Source: a virus (lineage: Duplodnaviria > Caudoviricetes). Taken from it: a stretch of DNA of 64,000 nucleotides. Every line of letters begins with the position of its first letter. Position 1 is the first letter of the stretch. This document shows positions 60,200-64,000 of the stretch, in pieces. The notes below the pieces were generated by a model. It was given only the letters and a program-made list of their open reading frames with translations. It was not told the origin of the DNA and ran no database searches. Location: the IMG/VR virus record IMGVR_UViG_3300036966_000119, positions 108,577-172,576 of that record; one strand, given 5' to 3'. Made by a program: the position numbers and the translations under genes.

Positions 60200-60883
60200 T
60201 TAAAGTTTCTTGGAATCATCCTTGAGCCACTGTTTAATATATGCAAGAGGAGTAAGGATAATCTTATCGTCTTCAACAACATCGATTTCGAAGATGTTAT
60301 ACATATTAACAGTCTGCTTTGTTTCACGTGCAATCTGAATTCCTGCAACATAAGTTGCACCGATTATAGGATAGATTGCAGTTGGATCCATGAGATTGAT
60401 ACCGAAGTCATTGAGAATGGTTTCGAATACCTTGTTCTCGATACCAGTAAGAGCCTCGAGAGCATATACACTTCTCCAAGCATTATAGTTTGAAATAAGT
60501 GTGTCCTTATATGATGCACCGATTGTAACGGGCTGTTCATTCTGATGGAACAGTGGAGTCTTAACATGATACATCTGGGGAACGATGTTTGTTGATTTGT
60601 CAGACTCTGATATCTCAGTCAGATACTCAAGCTGGACACCACATACATCAACCTTACACTCTTCTGCCTGTTCAGAACCAAGCTTCTTCAGTATCTCAGT
60701 CCAACCAACTGTGAATACTATCGGAATATGAGAGTGATCGAAAATGTTTACACCGAACTCAGCTTTCATGAGGCCTGCTGCAACCTCAGGAAGCTTCTTA
60801 GAAAGAATAGGATCGTTTTGATAAGTCTCCATAAAATTCTTCCTTCTTTCGTTCCATGTTCTGGCATTGTTTTCTTCAGCCAT
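60200..60883 (-). CDS. Hypothetical protein
   Basis: 227 aa, GAAAGGA RBS. Confidence 0.8.
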   Translation of the reverse strand: MAEENNARTWNERRKNFMETYQNDPILSKKLPEVAAGLMKAEFGVNIFDHSHIPIVFTVGWTEILKKLGSEQAEECKVDVCGVQLEYLTEISESDKSTNIVPQMYHVKTPLFHQNEQPVTIGASYKDTLISNYNAWRSVYALEALTGIENKVFETILNDFGINLMDPTAIYPIIGATYVAGIQIARETKQTVNMYNIFEIDVVEDDKIILTPLAYIKQWLKDDSKKL

Positions 60884-60938
60884 TGTGAATCATTCCTTTC
60901 TTAAATTACATTTTAGATACCACATCGTGATACAGTAT

Positions 60939-60995
60939 CATTTGAATCATATATGTCTTTAAATATAAAATTTTAAAATACACATTATTCCCATG
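60939..60995. promoter_or_regulatory. Divergent pair of early-type promoters
   Basis: Minus ACATATATGATTCAAATG (60939-60956) and plus ATACACATTATTCCCATG (60978-60995). Confidence 0.65.
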
Positions 60996-61038
60996 ATACA
61001 TAATAAAGATATAAGTCTTTAAAAGGAGAAAAATAGCT

Positions 61039-63576
61039 ATGCGAATTACATTCATAAAACTCATAAACTTTATTGGCGTTAATGCTGCGATGGGTTTGCG
61101 AGAAGTCGAATTTTCATTTGAAGATATTGACAAACCTATCATACAGATATACGGTCAAAATCGGTGCGGTAAAACCGTACTCATCCAACAGCTCCATCCA
61201 TTCAGCAGTATAAACTTGAATGGTGATGAACGAGCAGATTTATCATTGATACTTCCAAATGAAATAGGAGTAAAGAATATCGTGTATGAAGTAGATGGGG
61301 AGGTATATGACATCACTCATACATATACACCATCACGCAATGGTCATTCAATCTCATCATCAATAATTCATAATGGTGAAGAGTTAAATCCATCAGGTGG
61401 TGTAACGGCATTCAATTCTCTTATTGAACGAATCCTCGGTATCAATAAGTATGTGTTTCAATTCATAATAAATGGTACACAGTTAACCTCTTTTGGAAGC
61501 ATGTCGACAACCCAAAGAAAGACATTGTTGAACAAAGCAATGGGTATCGATATCTATGACAAGATACACAAAATGGCTACCGAAGATTATCGTTATACCA
61601 ATAAACTGATAACTTCATTGAACAACACCAAGGAATATATTCTGTCAACATATGGATCGTATGAAACATTATGTGTGTTGATGAAAGAAAAACAACAAGA
61701 AGTTGCTGATACACAACAAATGATGAACGATACTAAATCAAGAATAGATTCACTTAAAGGTCAGATATCCGTCATCAGGAATCAGAATCCTTCTCAGGAA
61801 ATCATGTCAATAAATAATAAACTCATAGCATATCAGAATGTCATTACTGAGATGGGTATGTATGACCCAGATATGTATGACAAGCTTGTTGAAGAACAGA
61901 TTGAATTGAATTCAAAATTATCATCTTTAAAGAATGAGAGATTGATGTTACGTAAAGACATTGATCTTTTATATGAAAAGAAAAATAATATTGAAAGTAC
62001 AATGCTTGCAAGTAAACGTGCTGCTGATGATTATAATAACATGGTTAGCATGCGTGATGAATTGGTTTCAAAGATTGACAGTATATCTATTGAAATGACT
62101 ACATCTGGTTCATCATCATATTACAGAAGCATGATTCAACCTGCACAAGCGATCAATGATATCTGTACTGAGATAGTATCATGTTTAAATGAACATCATT
62201 TGAAGATGTTTACTGATATGATTTGTAATGGAGTAGATGTTGTTGCGTTCCTTATGCAAGAAGGCAGTGTATTAATGGATTCAGAAAAAGAAAAATCTGC
62301 GGTATCACGTATAAGACGAATGATAGAAGGTGTTGAAGGAGAATGGGTTGACAAGGAATGTGCCTTCAGGAATTGTGTTTACTTAAAGACACATAAGATG
62401 CTTGATACATATTTCAAATCATACCAATCAACAACATCATCTCAGTTCACACAGTATGATCTTGAACAAATAGAACATGCACACAAGAATGTTCTTACAA
62501 TCAAGAGATTACTCAATACAGAAATACCAATTGAATTAAAGGATGTATTTAATCTGAATAACATCATGTCAAATATTCAATTGAAACGTATCGGTATTGA
62601 TGTATCTTATATCAAATATCTTATGGAAGAAGCCGCTAAGGGTGAACAAAGAAATCAATTTGTGGCACAATTATCGGATGTCAACAGAACCATCGAAAAC
62701 ATGAAGAAACTGTTGCTTCCTACTGACAATACTGAAGAAGCAGTCAATAAGATCAACGAAGAGATATCAAATTTACGTTCTAAAGATGCATCGATTGATA
62801 AAGAAATAAACGAGTTATCTTCTGCATTAGATATAAATGACAGAAATCGTTTGTTATTATCTCAGGTAAAACATATCAATGTTGATGAGCTCAATAGTAG
62901 ACATGCTAAGTTGAGTGTATTGTTACAACAGTTATCAGATGCGGAGCAAGAGTATATTAAACTCAATGCAACATATTCTGATCTGACATTTAGATTGAAT
63001 ACATTGACATCTGAACTCAAAACAATATCTGACTCATACAATCAATACGTTAATACTGTTGCTGAAATAGACAAGCATGATTCTATCAATGGTAGATATA
63101 AGATAATTGCAGAAGCTACATCATCTACCAAAGGCAAACCAGTAATTGCGATACGTGAAACTGTTGAGGATGCATTAGCATTAACCAATCGATTACTCAA
63201 TATCATGTATGATGGTGAAATAGAGTTATTGGATCCCACGATAGATGAAAACAATTTCACATTACCATTCAGATGTGGTTCACACTTATCTTCAGATATA
63301 CGTTATGGATCACAGTCCGAAGCAACATTGTTATCACTTGCATTGGAAATGGCTTTATCGGCTTCACTTACACAATACAACGTTTGTCTTGTTGATGAGA
63401 TCGATGCAGCGTTAGACATAGATATGTGTTCGTTATATGTAGCAATGTTATATGAACTATGCTCAACGTTAAAAATAGAGCAAATGTTTCTTATATCACA
63501 TCATGTTGATGCAGATTCTTCTATATTCGTTCATAAACTTGATTTACAGGGAATAATAAATAAGAAGGTGAAATAA
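61039..63576 (+). CDS. sbcC: SbcC/Rad50-like ABC ATPase
   Basis: IYGQNRCGKT, long coiled coils with central CAFRNC, GSQSE signature, CLVDEID, LISH. Confidence 0.88.
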   Translation: MRITFIKLINFIGVNAAMGLREVEFSFEDIDKPIIQIYGQNRCGKTVLIQQLHPFSSINLNGDERADLSLILPNEIGVKNIVYEVDGEVYDITHTYTPSRNGHSISSSIIHNGEELNPSGGVTAFNSLIERILGINKYVFQFIINGTQLTSFGSMSTTQRKTLLNKAMGIDIYDKIHKMATEDYRYTNKLITSLNNTKEYILSTYGSYETLCVLMKEKQQEVADTQQMMNDTKSRIDSLKGQISVIRNQNPSQEIMSINNKLIAYQNVITEMGMYDPDMYDKLVEEQIELNSKLSSLKNERLMLRKDIDLLYEKKNNIESTMLASKRAADDYNNMVSMRDELVSKIDSISIEMTTSGSSSYYRSMIQPAQAINDICTEIVSCLNEHHLKMFTDMICNGVDVVAFLMQEGSVLMDSEKEKSAVSRIRRMIEGVEGEWVDKECAFRNCVYLKTHKMLDTYFKSYQSTTSSQFTQYDLEQIEHAHKNVLTIKRLLNTEIPIELKDVFNLNNIMSNIQLKRIGIDVSYIKYLMEEAAKGEQRNQFVAQLSDVNRTIENMKKLLLPTDNTEEAVNKINEEISNLRSKDASIDKEINELSSALDINDRNRLLLSQVKHINVDELNSRHAKLSVLLQQLSDAEQEYIKLNATYSDLTFRLNTLTSELKTISDSYNQYVNTVAEIDKHDSINGRYKIIAEATSSTKGKPVIAIRETVEDALALTNRLLNIMYDGEIELLDPTIDENNFTLPFRCGSHLSSDIRYGSQSEATLLSLALEMALSASLTQYNVCLVDEIDAALDIDMCSLYVAMLYELCSTLKIEQMFLISHHVDADSSIFVHKLDLQGIINKKVK

Positions 63577-63578
63577 AT

Positions 63579-64000
63579 ATGATATGGAAACCATTAAAGC
63601 ATCCAATGATTGTTGATGGTTATTTAATATCAAACAAAGGTTATGTTCGTAATAAAGATTGTGATGATGTAGATTGTTTAACAGCAGATTATCATTCATC
63701 AAATGGATATGACTTTATAATGTTAATTGTGAAAGAAAAATATAGAATCAACAATTCATTGTTTATGTTATTCCCAATAGATGAATTATTGGGAATAGCA
63801 TTTATTCCCATTCCAAAAGAATTAAAGGATAAACCAATCACAATTAAACATATCAATGGTGATACACGTAATGTTGATTTATCCAATTTAGAATGGATTG
63901 AAGATATTGAAGAATGGAAAGATTGTACATATCCCGGTGTTAAACCGGGAATGTATGAAGTATCGTCATGGGGCAGAGTAAGAAATAAAAAATACATGAA
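63579..64000 (+). CDS. NUMOD4/HNH endonuclease-like protein, tandem domains, runs off the window
   Basis: MIWKPL..YLISNKGYVR..NGY..IKHINGDTRNVDLSNLEW, then EEWKD..YEVSSWGRVR. Confidence 0.75.
   Translation, partial: MIWKPLKHPMIVDGYLISNKGYVRNKDCDDVDCLTADYHSSNGYDFIMLIVKEKYRINNSLFMLFPIDELLGIAFIPIPKELKDKPITIKHINGDTRNVDLSNLEWIEDIEEWKDCTYPGVKPGMYEVSSWGRVRNKKYM

Noticed and set aside
1-64000. Stop-codon reassignment
   Set aside because: Long genes are intact in the standard code, and reading through the TAG stops at 38641 and 39120 meets another stop within a few codons.
1-64000. CRISPR array, tRNA or rRNA genes
   Set aside because: No regularly spaced repeats or cloverleaf/T-loop signatures were seen in the short intergenic regions by eye; tRNAscan-SE was not run.

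Overview
A gene-dense, AT-rich segment of a jumbo myophage genome of the PBS1/AR9/phiKZ-related type, using the standard genetic code. Strong AGGAGG ribosome-binding sites suggest a Bacillota host (inference). It encodes virion genes (baseplate wedge and hub, sheath, tube, portal, terminase, a glycine-rich receptor-binding protein, two paralogous fibre/baseplate proteins), three split multisubunit RNA polymerase subunits, a GyrB split into two genes, a minimal family-B polymerase palm domain, an SF2 helicase interrupted by an ORF-less group I intron, a tubulin/FtsZ-family protein, SbcC, a BCS1-like AAA ATPase and HNH proteins. The intergenic DNA shows two phage promoter classes: an 18-nt AYAYAYATNATT-N5-G early type and an AAC(A/G)-N6-TA late type. 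It also shows a candidate ~150-nt multi-hairpin ncRNA with its own promoter and terminator, three stand-alone early-gene cassettes sharing a structured 5' leader, and a 93-bp direct repeat bracketing one fibre paralog. All functional calls rest on motif recognition by eye; no database searches were run.
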